DNA of 64,000 nucleotides from Vicugna vicugna (Eukaryota): contig MU057560.1 in NCBI GenBank assembly GCA_013265495.1, positions 2,542,909-2,606,908 on the forward strand, given 5' to 3'. Of the stretch, positions 25,880-39,259 are shown one piece after another. Within the stretch, counting starts at the first letter, position 1. Every line of letters begins with the position of its first letter. Position numbers and translations under genes: made by a program. The notes under the pieces are model-generated. The model did not search any database. It was not told where the DNA came from and was given only the letters and a program-made list of their open reading frames with translations.

Positions 25880-27600
25880 GCGGGAGGGAGGGTGCGCACC
25901 CCGGAGGGAAATGGGTGCATCGCAGTCCAGGTCAGGGGCTGCTGCAACCCCACGTGAAGCCAGGAGCCCGAGCGCGCGTGAATCGGAGAAATGTCAGGAG
26001 CCCACTCGCCTGCCGCCGTTCCAGGAGGTGACACGTACACTGGCTGCAGTCCGAGCCCAGGCCCCGCCGCCACGGCTGCCAAGCAGCCTGCAGCAGGCAG
26101 AAGACCGAAGAAGCGGGAGATGCAGCTTCCACCCTCTGCCCTCCTAACCTTCATCCAGGGTCTCTCATCCAGGTGTCCCCCAGGATCTGAGCAGAAGCCA
26201 TCTGCCAAGGGGGACTGTGAGTGGGGCCGGCGACCGGCCCGCACCCTGCAGCCCCGTCCTGCTCCCGCCCGCCTGCCGCAGGGAGCTCGCGTGCACTTCC
26301 TGAACGGGGGCACTGACTCCTCCCTGCCGCCTTCTCCGTCTCTGGGTGCCGTGTATTCCAGTAACAGGAAGAGAAAGAAAGAAAAGACAACACCTAAGGG
26401 GGCGGGAGGAAGCGTGCTGGGGACGGAGGGGCTGCAGCACAGGCACGGCGACGGGTTCACGGGGAAAACTCCCCTCCGGCCTCGTCAGCGTCTATGCAGC
26501 AAAGATGCAGGTTCCTGGCGTGTCGGCCACACCCCAGCAGAAGCCCTTTTATAAAAACCCAAAGCAGGAAGCCCCTCTGGATGGCCTCTGTTCTGAAGTC
26601 CGCATTGTCAGCCCAGCCCCACAGACGGAACAGCAGGGAAGGAGAGCGGGAAGCAGAAGGGCGGGCTTGGCTAACGCATCGCGCAGGGCGCTGACAGGCT
26701 GCAGCCGCGGCGTATGTGCGTGTTAAGCAGAGACACGTGAGGGACTCCCGGTCGGAGCTACACGCGGACAAGGACACGTGCGCAGACCCGGCGGCCCGCA
26801 CGCCTTTACCTGTTCTTGCAGCTGGCGCCGCGGGGTGGCCGTCACAGCTTTGCCGGCACTCATGGCGCCGTCCTGCCGGCGGGCGGGGCGGCCCAGGCCT
26901 GGTTCCCGGGGGCTCCGGTCCGTAGGCCCTGCTTTTGGCGAATGGCTGTACTTACTTCGCTTTTGCTGGGACACAGTCGAGACCCTCCAAGGAATTCCTT
27001 GCCTGTGAGGCCGGCCTCCCCCTGGCTGCGCTGCAGAGCGTAACTCTGTTTCCTCTTGATAACTGGGGTAACTCGCCCCAGACAAGGCGGTGGCCCCTTT
27101 CGCCCAGTGGTTCAGTGGCACGTGGACAAAGGGCCGTGGCGGCTTCCAGTTCAATGGAACCACCGTCGTCCCCACTAGTACAAGTGCTTTCACTCTAGGG
27201 GATCAGTAGCTCTAACCCGGGCACCTGGAGTCCAGAGACACACAGACCAAGGCTCGGTGCCTTGTCGGCGGTGCTCACCTGGGGCGCCACTCCCACTTCT
27301 CGTCCTTGACTCGGAGACCCACGCTTTCAGGGCTCCGTAGGGCCGCAGGCTCCAGGCGTGCACCTCCACCTGGGGGACAGCACCCCGACCTCACGGGGCG
27401 CGGTCTCCTCGTCGTGTGTGACTGAGTCTCAGCAGGGCTTTCCGACGGCTGGAAGAGCCCCTGGGCGGGGAGCGCGCGCTGCGGTCAGGAGGGGCGGCGC
27501 CCACTGCTGCTCTGCCGGCCACCACTGCTGTCGTGGCTGGATCCCCTCCCCGCCCAGCAGCGGCGCTGCCTCAGGGGCTGAGCCTTGGCCTCTTCCACTC
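25880..27600. promoter_or_regulatory. CpG-rich, island-like region
   Basis: High GC with frequent CpG and a GC-box run (ggcgggcggggcgg near 26878). No repeat was recognised. Confidence 0.45.
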
Positions 27601-27625
27601 AAAGGCTGGGGGTCAGAAGCCGCAG

Positions 27626-28612
27626 TGTTGTAGGTTGAATCATGTCTCCCCAAAAGATACGCTTACCCACTGACATGAAATGCACAGCCTGAAAGCTGAG
27701 TTATGTTTCATTTGGTGGACATTTCTGAGGACTTAAGCCCAGGACACAGCCTCTCAGAGCTCTCTGAGGGACTGCTCCAAAGTGATAAGGGAGAAGCCAG
27801 GATGTACGAGCTTTTGCAAGAAAGACCAGGGAGTTGGAACCTCATGAGATGACTGTTAAATAAAACAAACCAGACATCTCAGGTTAAGGAATTCAGCACT
27901 TTTTTAGGTATGGGGGGTGCAAAGGTCTGGGCTCACTGAAATCATTCCTTTGACATGCACCTAGCTGTCTAGGACCAGGGTCCTGTCCTTCCCTGCCCTG
28001 AGTCCCCTCGGGGGAACTGCTGGGGGGCCGCGGAGGCCGGGCTGCCTACTGGTCCGCGCCCTGAGCTCCCTCCGCTCAGTGGCGGTGGTGGCGGTAGCGG
28101 CTGATGACTTGAGGCCCGCAGCGTTGTTTTTCTGATACAGCTGGCAGTATTTTTCGTTCACATACTCAGGTCTTAACTCCTGGTACCTGTGCAGGTGACC
28201 TTATTTGGAAATAAGGTCTTTGCAGATGTAACCAAGTTAAAATGAGGTTATATCAGAGTAGAGTGGCCCCTGCTCCAATGACTCATGTCTTTATAGGATG
28301 AGGGAGATTTGAGCACTCAGACACACCCAGAGGGACGGATGAAGATGAAGTGACGACAGAGGCAGAGACTGGTGTGAAGCAGCCACGGGCAGAGGAGCAC
28401 CAGGACTGCCAGCCACCAGCCTCCAGCCACCAGCCTCCAGCCACCAGTGGCTGGAAGAGGCAAGGAAGGCCCCCTCCACATGGAGGGGCGTGGCCCTGCC
28501 GACACCATGAATTCACACTGCTGGCTCCCAGAACTTTGAGAGAATGAACTTCTGTTGTTGTAAGCCCCCCCTTTTGTGGCGCTTTGTGCTGGCAGCCCAG
28601 GAATCTAACAGA
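27626..28612 (+). mobile_element. MLT1 (MLT1B/C-like) MaLR LTR interrupted by a younger LTR
   Basis: Starts tgttgtaggttgaatcatgtctccccaaaagata, resumes at about 28163 (ggtgaccttatttggaaataaggtctttgcagatgta) and ends gcagcccaggaatctaaca. Confidence 0.85.
27661..28162 (-). mobile_element. ERV1-like (MER41-related) solo LTR nested in MLT1
   Basis: A block of about 500 bp splits the MLT1. It carries ttctgaggacttaagcccagg...cagcctctcaga and ctgaaatcattcctttgacatgcac motifs and ends in ttcaca. Confidence 0.7.
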
Positions 28613-29565
28613 GGGAGTGGCCTGACTGACCTTGGTGAGAAAGAGCCCACTCTGTGGAGACCCCCTCCTGCCGCTGCGCAGTCCTGCTGTGAGCACGCCC
28701 ACGGACAGGTGCGGGGCACTCAGGAAGGGCGTGAGCCAGAGCCCAGAGAGTCGGCCGCCCCTCCTTGGTTATGGCCAGAGCCCTCTGCAGTGGTGCGCTC
28801 AGGGCCCCAGGGCCCCACACACTGTCCACTCCGGGTGGCTCGTCTACACTCTTCTCTCACAGACCTGGTCAGAAATTCTCCAACCCTGCTCCTTCCACAT
28901 CCTGGCCATCAGGCTAGACAGCTAACCACTGCCTGTACATCCACGCACACCTGCGCATCCACGCGCACCCGCCATCTACGCGCGCCCGCAGTTCCACGCG
29001 CGCCCGCACTTCCGGCCACGTCTGGTAGATAAGGCAGCCTGTTGACAGGTTGCAGTTTCCGCCCTTGGCAGGGTCTTCTTTCCGTCACTCTGTGGTGAGG
29101 ACCAGCCAGGGGCAGAAGCTCACCCCCCTGGGGTCAGCACATGGCAGGGACTCACCTGTGAACCAGGGCCACGTTCTCTCTCACTGATCAGCTTGTTACA
29201 GGGAGCTCCCCTGTAGCCACAGGTGTGGGGGATGGGGAGGGAGCCCCGCAACATGGGGGATTCTGCTGGGACGCACGCGGACGCGGCTGGCGGGAGCTTC
29301 CCGCCCCTCGTGCACACCTCACGGCATCAGCTCTTTCATTTGCAGGCCACCTGGGGCCCCGTGCCTGGGTGGTCTGTAGTCACCATGGCCCAGAGGAAGC
29401 CAGGAGCTCTCTCAAGGACAATGACTATTTGCAGAAGAGGGAAGAGGGCAAGCTTTTTTCCCCTCAGATTCCAGGGGCCTGTGATGTGGTTTCCTGCCGG
29501 CTGTTGTCAGAGGCTCTGCACAGCACCTTATTCGCTGCAGCTGGCTGGGACCCCTCCAGGCCCAT

Positions 29566-29606
29566 CAGGCCATAGAGGACCCAGGCCATAGAGGACCCAG
29601 GTCATG
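29566..29606. repeat. 17-bp tandem duplication
   Basis: caggccatagaggacc(c) occurs twice, followed by a partial third copy. Confidence 0.85.
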
Positions 29607-31487
29607 AGGCAGCCCCCTTATGGTTCAGACCTGCTACAACTTCATTGGAGACCAACTTACCATGGACAGTTGTGTGGGTTGCTTGGTAAATGAATCAGAC
29701 ACACATTCAGATGTGGCATATTTTGTCTCCAAAATCCAAAGGGGCCCTAAAAACGTTGTCTTTTTTTGTGATGGGTAGTGCAGTGCAGTGATGTGTCCCC
29801 GTCATTCAGGGGTTATGCTGACCGGTCTGGGGCCACTAGAACCTGGAAATGTCTGGAAGGGCCAAGCCCCTGTTGCCATGGGGCTTAACCCCATCCTCTG
29901 ACTTGCTCTGTTTGCGTAACTTACAAGTAATTCAGCGTGTCGGAAAGATACGACCTGCAGGAGGCGTATAAGGAATGAGCCGGCTCCACCTCTGTGCGCA
30001 GCTGCACAGATAGCAGATGACAAAATATGACAAGTGTTGTATACTGTGCGTCAGGGTTCCGGCTCTGGGCTGAGCGCAGGGGGAGCTGCCGCAGGGTTTA
30101 CGCAGGAGCGTCACTGCTTAGCTCGCGCTCAGTAGGGCTTGTCCGGCGGAGCGTGGAGAAAGGGTGGGGGGGCCAAGGCCAGGTCCCTGGTTAGTCGGGC
30201 TGGTCTGGTCTCCTCTGTGAGAGGTGAGGGGCCGTGAATCAAGGCAGTGGCAGTCAGATGTGAGGCAGTGGATGGATTCAAGAGATAATGATTATTATTA
30301 ATTACCTGGCGTCATTCGAAGTGCTTCGGGTAGCGTGACGAGGAGGGAGGAAACACTGCTTTGTAGAGCCTACAGTAGTGGAAGAGACGTGACCAAAATA
30401 GTTACATAAATCATTGCACAATATTGCAAATACAAAAAGAGCTGCGAAGGAGGGGAGCGCGCTTCAGAAGCACACACAGAGGAAGCGGTCAGGAACGGGA
30501 GGGGTCCCGACCGCAGCGTGTGTGAGCACGCACAACGGACTGAAACCTCCCCGCGGCAAGAGGACTGAGGGGGCGTAGAGGCAAGGAGATCAGGCCAGTG
30601 AGGGAAGCAGAGCCAGCTCGCAAATACGGCCGAGGGGCCGCTGCATGTGTGTGCCTTGTCTCGAAGCCAAATGGAGGCCATTGGAGGGGTCTCAGTAGGA
30701 GCGTGTGCTGGTTTTCATGGAAAAAAGGTTTTTGCTCTCATTGCAAAATGGAAGCTGGAGGCATCCAAAGGCAGGTGCCGGGAGCCCTCAGCAGGTCACA
30801 GAGCCCAGGAGAGGTGGTGCCTGGGCACGTGAAGGACGGAGGGGCAGATTCCACTTACAGGAAGGAAGGGCCTTCATGCTCCAGTACAGTTTGCCAGGCG
30901 AGGACTTTCCTTAGTGGGGGTGGACAAACAGATGGCGAACGTGAGTAGGAGGCGCTCTGTGGGGTTGGGGCTGGGTACAAGGCAGCACAAGGCAATCTGG
31001 GAATAAAACCCAAGAGCCAAGACAGGATGGGGCAGGAGAAGGCACCTTCCAGCGGGTGGTCCGCCGGCCCCAGCGGTGGGCTCTCTCTGTCAGGAGGGTC
31101 CTGACAATCAGTCCCCAAGGTTTCTTCTTTGGGTGGAAGTAGAGCATTCCCTTTGGGCTCCACATCTCCGTGGTGTTTACTTAGAAGCTGGAGTTTGTCA
31201 GCTCTCAACAGTATCAACAACAACAGTTTCCTTGTGAATAAACTGTAAAGTGCGCAGAAGTAATCGGGTGAAAGCTGCACGCGTGGTGGAGGCGTGATCA
31301 AGTCACGGGGCAGCCTCGTGAGGGCGAGCGTGCTCTGGGCTGCTTCCTTTTTGTGCTGTGAGAAAGGCCGTTGCAGGATTAAGGGGCTGTGATATTTTGA
31401 AGCATAAGCTCCAATTCTAACATGCTGGTGTTTACAACAAATTTATAGAGTCTTTGCCATCATAATTGTATTGTTTCATTATTTTTA

Positions 31488-32770
31488 ATTAATAAACTTT
31501 ACTTTTTGGAGCACTTTTAGGTTTATAGAAAAAAGAGCAGAAGGTACAGAGAAGTCCCGTAAGCCCTCCCCCTCCCCCACGGACTCCTCCGCCATTAACG
31601 TGTTGAATTGGAGTTAGTACGACACATAGCTAAAACTGAGGAACTAATGCTAAAGCGTTGTTATTAACTAAAACCCATCATTTACCTTAGGGTGCATTCT
31701 GTGCTGTGCATTCTGTGGGTTCCGACAAATCCGTCACGTGTGTGTCATTGTGGTATCGCACAATCGTCTCACCGCCCTGACCTTCTCCTGTGCTCCAGGG
31801 GTTCGCCCCTCCTCCCATCCTCCGCCCTCTCCTGGCAACCCCCGATCTCTTTTCTGTCTCCATAGTTCTGCCCTTCCAGAATGCCATACTTTGGATCACG
31901 CAGTATGTAGCTTTTCCAGATTGGCTTCTTTCACTTAGCGATATGAGGTCAAGCTTCCTCCACGTCTTTTCGTGGCTAGATGGCTCACTTCTCTTGAGGG
32001 CTAACTAACATTCTGCCGCCTGACGCAGCCCAGGCATTCACCCACCGAAGGGTGTCTTGGTTGTTACCAAGTGCTGGCAACTACGAATCAAGCTGCTGTA
32101 AACATCCCTGTGTAGGTTTTCGTGTGGATGTAAGTTTTCAGCTCCTGTGGGTCAATGCCAAGGAGTGAGATTGCTGGATCGCACGGGAAGAGCGTATTTA
32201 GGTTTGTATAAACCGGCTTCCAAAGTGCACCGTTTTGCCTTCACCAGCCACGGACGGGAGCTCCCGTTGCTCCACGTCTCACCAGCATTTGCTGCTGTCA
32301 GCGCTGGGTTTTGGTCATTCTGGTAGGTGAGCGCTGGTCTCTCGGTGTTGTTTTAATTTGCAGTTCCTCAGTGGCAGGCACTGTAATGTACAACGCCTCA
32401 TCTACTCCACCACTCCCACTACTTGTTGTTTTGCCCTTCACGCCACGTGGGGTGCTCAGCACCCTGTTTTCTGCCTGCGTCTTCCCTCGCGCTCGTTTGC
32501 ATGTCTTCTTCAGTGAGGTGTCTGCTCGGGTCTTCTGCCCACTTTTCAGTTTGGCAGTTTGTTTCCTCACCGCTGAGTTCTGAAGTCCTTTGTTTATTTG
32601 GGATCCCGGGTCTCACTGAGATCTGCGTTTGGTGAAGCTTCTCCCCCCGTCTGTAGTGGGCCTTTTCATTCTCTTAATGGTGCCTTTTGCAGAGCAGAAG
32701 TTTTGAATTTTAATGAAGTCCAATCTCTCATTTTTTCCCTTCATGAACCATGCACTTGGTGTTATAATTG
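31488..32770 (-). mobile_element. L1MC-like 3' end with ORF2 remnant
   Basis: taaactttactttttggagcacttttaggtttatagaaaaa...agaaggtacagaga is a typical antisense L1MC terminus. Downstream gagtgagattgctggatcg is L1-like. Confidence 0.8.
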
Positions 32771-35192
32771 TATTTTTAAACATGTTTTAAGTTTTTTGGT
32801 TTGAAAAGAGTCATTTCAGTGTTATCTTAAATTATGTTAATTTTGACAGGATTGGCAATAGACAGTGGTGTGTGTGATTTTTGAAAGGGGCAAAATCCAC
32901 ATTAGTCATGAATATATATCCCTTTTGTTGTTTCAGTAAATTCTTAGTATTTTTGTTTCTATTTTTGATTCTGTTGTCGAATGATCTTTTGCCAAAGACA
33001 TGAGTCATAATACCCTTTCTACCTTTGCTGCCCAGCGTCTCAAATCCCGGGGAGCAAGAGGGGAGCGCCGTGTGTGGAGAAATGACCAATCTGCATCAGT
33101 GCTCTGCACTGGGGCAGCCCCCTCCGGAGGACCCGGTAGTTACGATACATCGTCAATAAAGCCGTCATGGAAGCGGGTATTTGCGCTTTTCCAGTTTAAA
33201 CCTGGGTCGTATGGCTGTGCGCGTGTTGGCCTAGGACCACTACACAGTAGGCGTTGCTCAGGGTTGCATGTTTACGGTCGCGCTCTGCTTCAGGGCCATG
33301 ACGACCGCCTGCCTCTCCACGCGGGGGCCGCGGGCTCTTCACCCACACATTCCCGCCATGCAGACCACCGTGAGGATTTTAAAAGATCCCCTTCCCTCAG
33401 AGTCCCCCAAACAGCCATGTGAAGCCTCTCACACTCCACCACCCGCCCCGTCCTGGCTCCCCCGCTTCCTGCCACTCGCGGTCTTCGGCCTTGTCACCCG
33501 TCTGCCTGCTCCCTTTCTGCGAGAAACGCCGTCTCCAGGAGGGCAGGGCTTGCTCTGCCTCCGCGGTGCCTGACAGACGCTTTCAGAGTCACCTGCACAA
33601 GGCACGGGGTAAGTTCTCCACCAAATTCCTCCCACTGGCTTATCAGCCACGTCTGCAATGCAGGCTGCTTTGTCTGCTTGGAATAAGGCTTTAGTAAAAA
33701 TAACACACACTTTCTGTCTGGTTTTACCAACCTTGTGCACAGGCAAGCAGAGCCTTTTGACTGAAAGGGTGGATCAGAAGGTCTCTTTTTTGGTTTGGTG
33801 TAGTTCCCCAATTCCGTGCCGCTTCTTTTTAAGGCAGTATGAAGGCAAATACAAAAAACAGAAGAAAAGAAGTGAATTAAGGGAAACTTACACCATTGTT
33901 TTCAAACCATACGACACGGCCAGTGCAGAAAGTGCTACTTTCTGTCACCGAGAAGCTTGAACCCGCGGGTGTCACACGCCTTGCAGGTCAGATCCAAAGC
34001 AGACGGGATAGGAAAGGCTCTGAAATGCCCAAGAGAGGAAAAAGACAGGGAACAGTTCGACTTTGCTTAAGCCAGCCTTTCACAAATATGTTTCATCTCT
34101 GTTTTACTTAAATTTATACCTTCGATCTGGCATTCTAAAGAATACTCTTTGGAAAATGTTGTTTTTTTAAAATAATTTTTGTCAATTTATCTTGAGAAGA
34201 AATGAAAGAATTCCATATTTCGGATAATTGTCCTGGCTGATAGCAATTAAAGATGCAGGTAATACTCCTTTGTTGTCTGACACTGTTGGCTGGAATTCAC
34301 TGTAAAATGTCTGATTATAACTCATTGCAAAGAAAGCCTCTTTATTAGCACATTGAGCAAAAGCAGAGAAGTACAGAGCATGGTGTGAATTATTAATGTC
34401 CTCGTGATTGCCCCCATCAAAATGTGAGTTGGAGTGAATCCCAATTAGGTGCAGCCTTACCTGGGAACCCCTTATGGAAAACATGCAGATTGCTGGACAA
34501 CGCTCTCAGTGTTCAGTGAGCACCCCCAAGGCTCGGTCTGCACCCTTACCTAATTACTATTATTTTGGGGGAGCTCACAGCATTTGACAAAATCCCCTAG
34601 GAATTTTGCTTAGTTGTTCACTTGCTCGCTGTCCTTCGCCGAGTCCACCACTTCCACAAACGTTCCCTGCGGGCGCTCTTGTCCACTGTGTCTCATTGGC
34701 ACCTGGGCGGTGGCTCGGAGCGTCCGGCACAAGCCTGGGGGGTGTCTGTGTGCAGACATCCACCATGAGCTAGTGTTCGTGATGCAGTTAGAGCGCAACC
34801 AGCACATGAGGGGTTAAACTAGCCTCTCATTCGTTTTAATGGGGCAAAGCATAGAAAGAATACACAAAGCAGGCGGTCAGGTCTGTCAAGTGACCAAGCC
34901 CCGCGTCGCGGATGCCGGCCTGCCCGAGCTGCGGCCGCCGGGCGCTGGGCAGCGCTGCTGGTGGCACGGGCACCGCGTCGGTCGGCTCGCACGTCTTAAC
35001 ACAAGAGGTGCGTTTCATATATTGCCGTTTTTTTGCCCTTTGAGTTCATCACCGGTCACCTTGCTTAGGCTCACACTGAGGTTTAGTTTCAAACAAGTTC
35101 ATTTAGAAAAATTTAGATTTATTTTAGGGAACTCTAGAGAGTTGCCTGTTTCAAGCAGACTCTAGTAAGTGGCTTTTAAAAAATCAAGTAAA

Positions 35193-35550
35193 CATACCCG
35201 TGACCAGCTTCTTTTTTTGTCACATTCATGAGTTTGCTGTAGTTTTTAGTCTGCATGTAAGTGGCATCATGCGCCTTTGTCTTCCTCTGTCTGACTTACT
35301 TCACTGAGCGTAACGCCTGCTGGAGTGGGCGGGGGCAGGCGGCACCGGGCGGGGAGGAAGAGGTGCAAACCGTCAGGCACGAAATGAGCTACAAGGACAC
35401 ATTGCACAGCACGGGGGACACAGCCAGTCGTTTATAATAAAATAAATGGAGCAAAGCTTTAAAAACGGTGAACCGCTATACCACGCGCCTATAACAGATA
35501 CTATTGTGCAACAACTGTACTTCCGTAGAAAAGAAAACATAAAATAAATA
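35193..35550 (+). mobile_element. Short L1 3' insertion with a 5' inversion
   Basis: 35193-35317 is antisense L1 (ctgtctgacttacttcactgagc). 35320-35550 is sense L1 3' UTR ending in an A-rich tail. Confidence 0.75.
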
Positions 35551-35837
35551 GCCCTTAATCTAACGTAGATATTTAATGAAAGGAATTAAAACAAAAACAA
35601 ACTTTCCAAAAGCACCTTCGAATCAGTTAATTCTACACACAGTTATCAGACTGTTCAAATTTTATCTATTTTTAATTAATCAAAGATGTCCAGGTCTAGG
35701 GGAAAACCCTCCATCTCCTAATTTCAAGTGTGAGCAAGCTACTCAGAAGAAGCCCTCGCTTGTGGGCCCGTGGCCCTGGGGGTCGGGGCTCCGCTGTGTG
35801 ACACATCTGCAGAGATGGGGAGGGCACGAGGGGGCAC

Positions 35838-37370
35838 TCTTTTTCGACAGCGTCATTGAGATGCAACTTACAAAGCATGGAATTTTCCCAGTTACTCAGG
35901 CCAGTGTTTTCCAGCACATTCGCAGCCACCTGCAGCCACCACCACGGTCAGCTCTGGACGTCTCTGTCACCCCAAAGAGAAGACTCATGTCCTTGTCACC
36001 TCCTGCCTCCCACCTCCACCCCACCCTTCGGCCTAGGTAACCGCAGAGCTGCTGTATCTACTTTGTGTCTCTAAGGATTTCCTGCTCTGGAAACTTCCGT
36101 CCCGGAGTTGCATGAAGTGTGATGTTTCGTGACTTGCTTCTTTCACTTAAAATGGTGCTTTCAGGATCCTACCACAAGGAAACGTGTCAGCACTTCATGC
36201 TTTTTTATGGCCAAATAGGTTTCCATTGTAAGGATATACTGCATCTTCTTCATACATTTGAGAACTGATGGCATTTTGGGTCATTTCTGCCTTTCGACTA
36301 TGACAAATGTTGGTATAAACATCTGTGTACAGATTTATGTATGGACTTAAGGTTTCGTTTCTCTTGGGTGGACACCTAGGAGCAGAAATGCTGGGTCACG
36401 TGGAAACTCTAAATTTAACCCCCCGAAGGACTGCCAGCCTGTTTTCCAGCGCAGCTGCCCCGCTTTACGCTCCCACTGACAGTGTCGAGGGCTCCGGCTC
36501 CCCACGCTTGTCAAAACACTTGCTGTCATCCGGCTTCTGCATTCCAGCCGTCCTGTTGGAGGGATTCAGTGCCTCGTCGCGCTTCTGACTTGATTTGATT
36601 TAATCTGACGCCTGCAAATGTGGAGCATCTTTACATGTGCATATTGGACATTTGTGTATCTTTGAGGAAACGTCTATTCAGATGCTTTGCCAATTTTTTA
36701 ATTGGGTTGTTTGTCTTTTTATCATTGAGTCCCAAGTGTTCTTTACATATTCTTCATACACGTCCTTTACCCGATATGCGATCTGCAAATGTATTCTGTC
36801 TCTGGGTTCTCTTCCCACTTTTTTGATGGTGTTCTTTGAAGCACACATTCTCATTTTGACGAGGTCCAGTGTATCTAATTCTTCTTGCATTTGTACCTTT
36901 GGTGTCATATGTAAGAATCCTTTGCTACATCCAAAGCCATGAAGATTCACCCCATGTTTTCTTCTGAGTTTTACAGTTACTACATTTAACTGTTTGATCC
37001 ATCTTGTGCTAATTCTTGTGTATGGTGTGAGGTAAGTGTCCAATTTCATACTTTTGCACACGGCCATCCTGTTGTCCCAGCACCATTTGTTGGATGGTCT
37101 TGCCTGTTGCTGAAGACGTTTGGGTTCATTTCTGGGTTCTCACTTCTCGTCCGCTGAACCATATGACAACCTTGGACAGAATCACACTCTGTTGGTGACT
37201 GTTGCTCTGTAGTGAGTTTTCAAACCATGAAGTGTATGTCTTCCTCCTTTGTTTTTCTTTTTCAGAAGTGTCTTGGCTACCCTGGTCCTTGGCAATTCCG
37301 TATGAATTTTAGAATTAGTTTGCCAGTCTCTACAAGGAGGCAGCTGAGACTCCGTTAGGGATTGTGTTCC
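35838..37370 (-). mobile_element. L1MB-like 3' UTR and ORF2 remnant
   Basis: The minus ORF 36678-37067 (CKSMKLDTYLTPYTRISTRWIKQLNV...) is decayed L1 ORF2. Confidence 0.85.
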
Positions 37371-37374
37371 TGCG

Positions 37375-38175
37375 GACTGCCCTCCAGCTCACAGGGTCCT
37401 TCCTCAGCTGGGTCCCGTCCGCTCACAAGTCCACCAGGGGCGTTCCTCACTTCTGTTGCAATGGTTTTGACATCTAGCATTTGCTTTTGATTTTTTCACG
37501 TCAGAATTTCCTTCTCTCTGTCTGTATTACCCATCTGTTTTTGCCTGTTTTGTCCACTTTTTCCATTAAAGCACTTAGCATTTTAATCATAATAACTTTA
37601 ACTTGCTGGTCTGATAATTTCAATATTCTTGCTCTATCTGACTTGATTCTGAAGCCTGGTCTATCATTTCAAACTGCAGTTTTTGCCTTTTCGAATGCCT
37701 TCCTTTGGTGAACACTGGACAGGTGTTTCTCAGTGTTACCCCCAACCTCATGTGGAACAGGATGGCTAGATGGCCTTCCTGCAGGTCAGATGTGTTTGAC
37801 AAACCCTACAGAGACTGGAGTCTGGTCAGATGGTTCCTCCTGAGCAGCGTGTGTTAGGAACAGAGCGCTCTGGTGTCGTTCACATGGCTTCTTTCCCGTC
37901 CCTCTGATGAAACTCGGTGGAAATCTTCTCCCGTTTCTACTGTGAGAACCTGGTAGAGCTCCTGGAGGTAAAACTCACAGAAGTGTGGGGGCCCTGGGTT
38001 ACGGGGCCCCCAGTGGAGTCTTCACCCCTCAGACTTGCCCTCCATCTATTTGTCAGTTGGGGTTTAGGGCCTCCTACCCACTGCCACCTCCTGGGAGGTT
38101 TCTGCTTCAGTAAGTTGTGATTTTCTGTGTCACCTGTCTGTCTGTCTGTCTGTCTGACGTTTGGGGCCGTGACCT
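37375..38175 (-). mobile_element. Old L1 5'/ORF1-region fragment
   Basis: T-rich, with tccactttttccattaaagcacttagcattttaatcata and ttctactgtgagaacctggtagagctcctggagg motifs of old L1 5' regions. Confidence 0.6.
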
Positions 38176-39259
38176 CAGTACTCAACATTAAAAAGAAAAA
38201 CTTAAAAAAAATGACTGACAAAAATATTAGGTGCAAAAAGAGCAGGGAAAACATTTGGGCCACAGAGCACCACAGGAACGGATCTGGACATTCAGCTCTG
38301 TGAGCTTTGTGACACACCTCAGCCCCCGTCAGAGTAGGCAGGACTGCACCAAACCCTGGCATTTTCAGAGCAGAAGAAGTCGCTGGGCCCTAGTGCCTTA
38401 ACTTCCTCCCCTCCCCCCAGCTGATTTGCCACATGTTCATGCAGAGCAGGGATCAACGCTGGAAGCTTCTGGGCTCCTGGGACGGTGGCAGGGAGCCGCC
38501 TTCCTCCTCCTCAGCTGACGGTAAGAAGCCATGAGAAAATTTTAATTACGATAATACATCAAACTGATATCTGGAAAGCCACCCCTGCCAGACCATGACG
38601 ATGTCTTGATCACGGTCTGGTGACACTGAGTGCAAACTGTGATTCTGGCACGGGAAGGCCACCCTTGCAGCCCTGGACTAGTTTTCTCTTGTTTGAAAAC
38701 GATGACCTTCAGAAGAAATGGGGATAGATTACAGCTTGAGAAAATCAAAGGAAAAAGGTAGGGCGGACACTATTTTAGTAAGAGGCCAGGGACGGTCCTA
38801 GGGAATCCGAAACCAGAAGAATTGTAAATGGCCTGTGCTGCAGCTCTTCACTAATAAAGGGTCTGACTGGAGATGTGAACGGTGGAAACTCAAACTGCAG
38901 ACATGCACACACTGACCCCAATTTGGAAGGCCAGAGTTGGAATGCTTTCCCTGAGAATAATAAGGCAGCTGCACCGACAGGCCTGTGTTGCCTTGAAACC
39001 TCAGAAAATAAAACAGTGGAGGGAGTCGGTGCAGCGCTGACTTGCTGAGCGCTGCTTCTTAAGAACATGAGTATCTAGCGCAACCATACGATGCTTGTCA
39101 AGTTTCCTGGTTACATTCAAATTGTGGAGAAGGTTTTGGTTTTAGTTATTCAACATGGATGGTTCATAATCATAAAAGGTTCAGTGTAGGGAATATGGTT
39201 TACTTTTTCTTTAAAATTGAAGATATTTCACATTTTAGACACTACACCCATTTTGGAGG

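Noticed and set aside
25834..27198. Cluster of 100-200 aa overlapping ORFs
   Set aside because: Stop depletion in GC-rich DNA opens frames on both strands, and no recognisable protein results.
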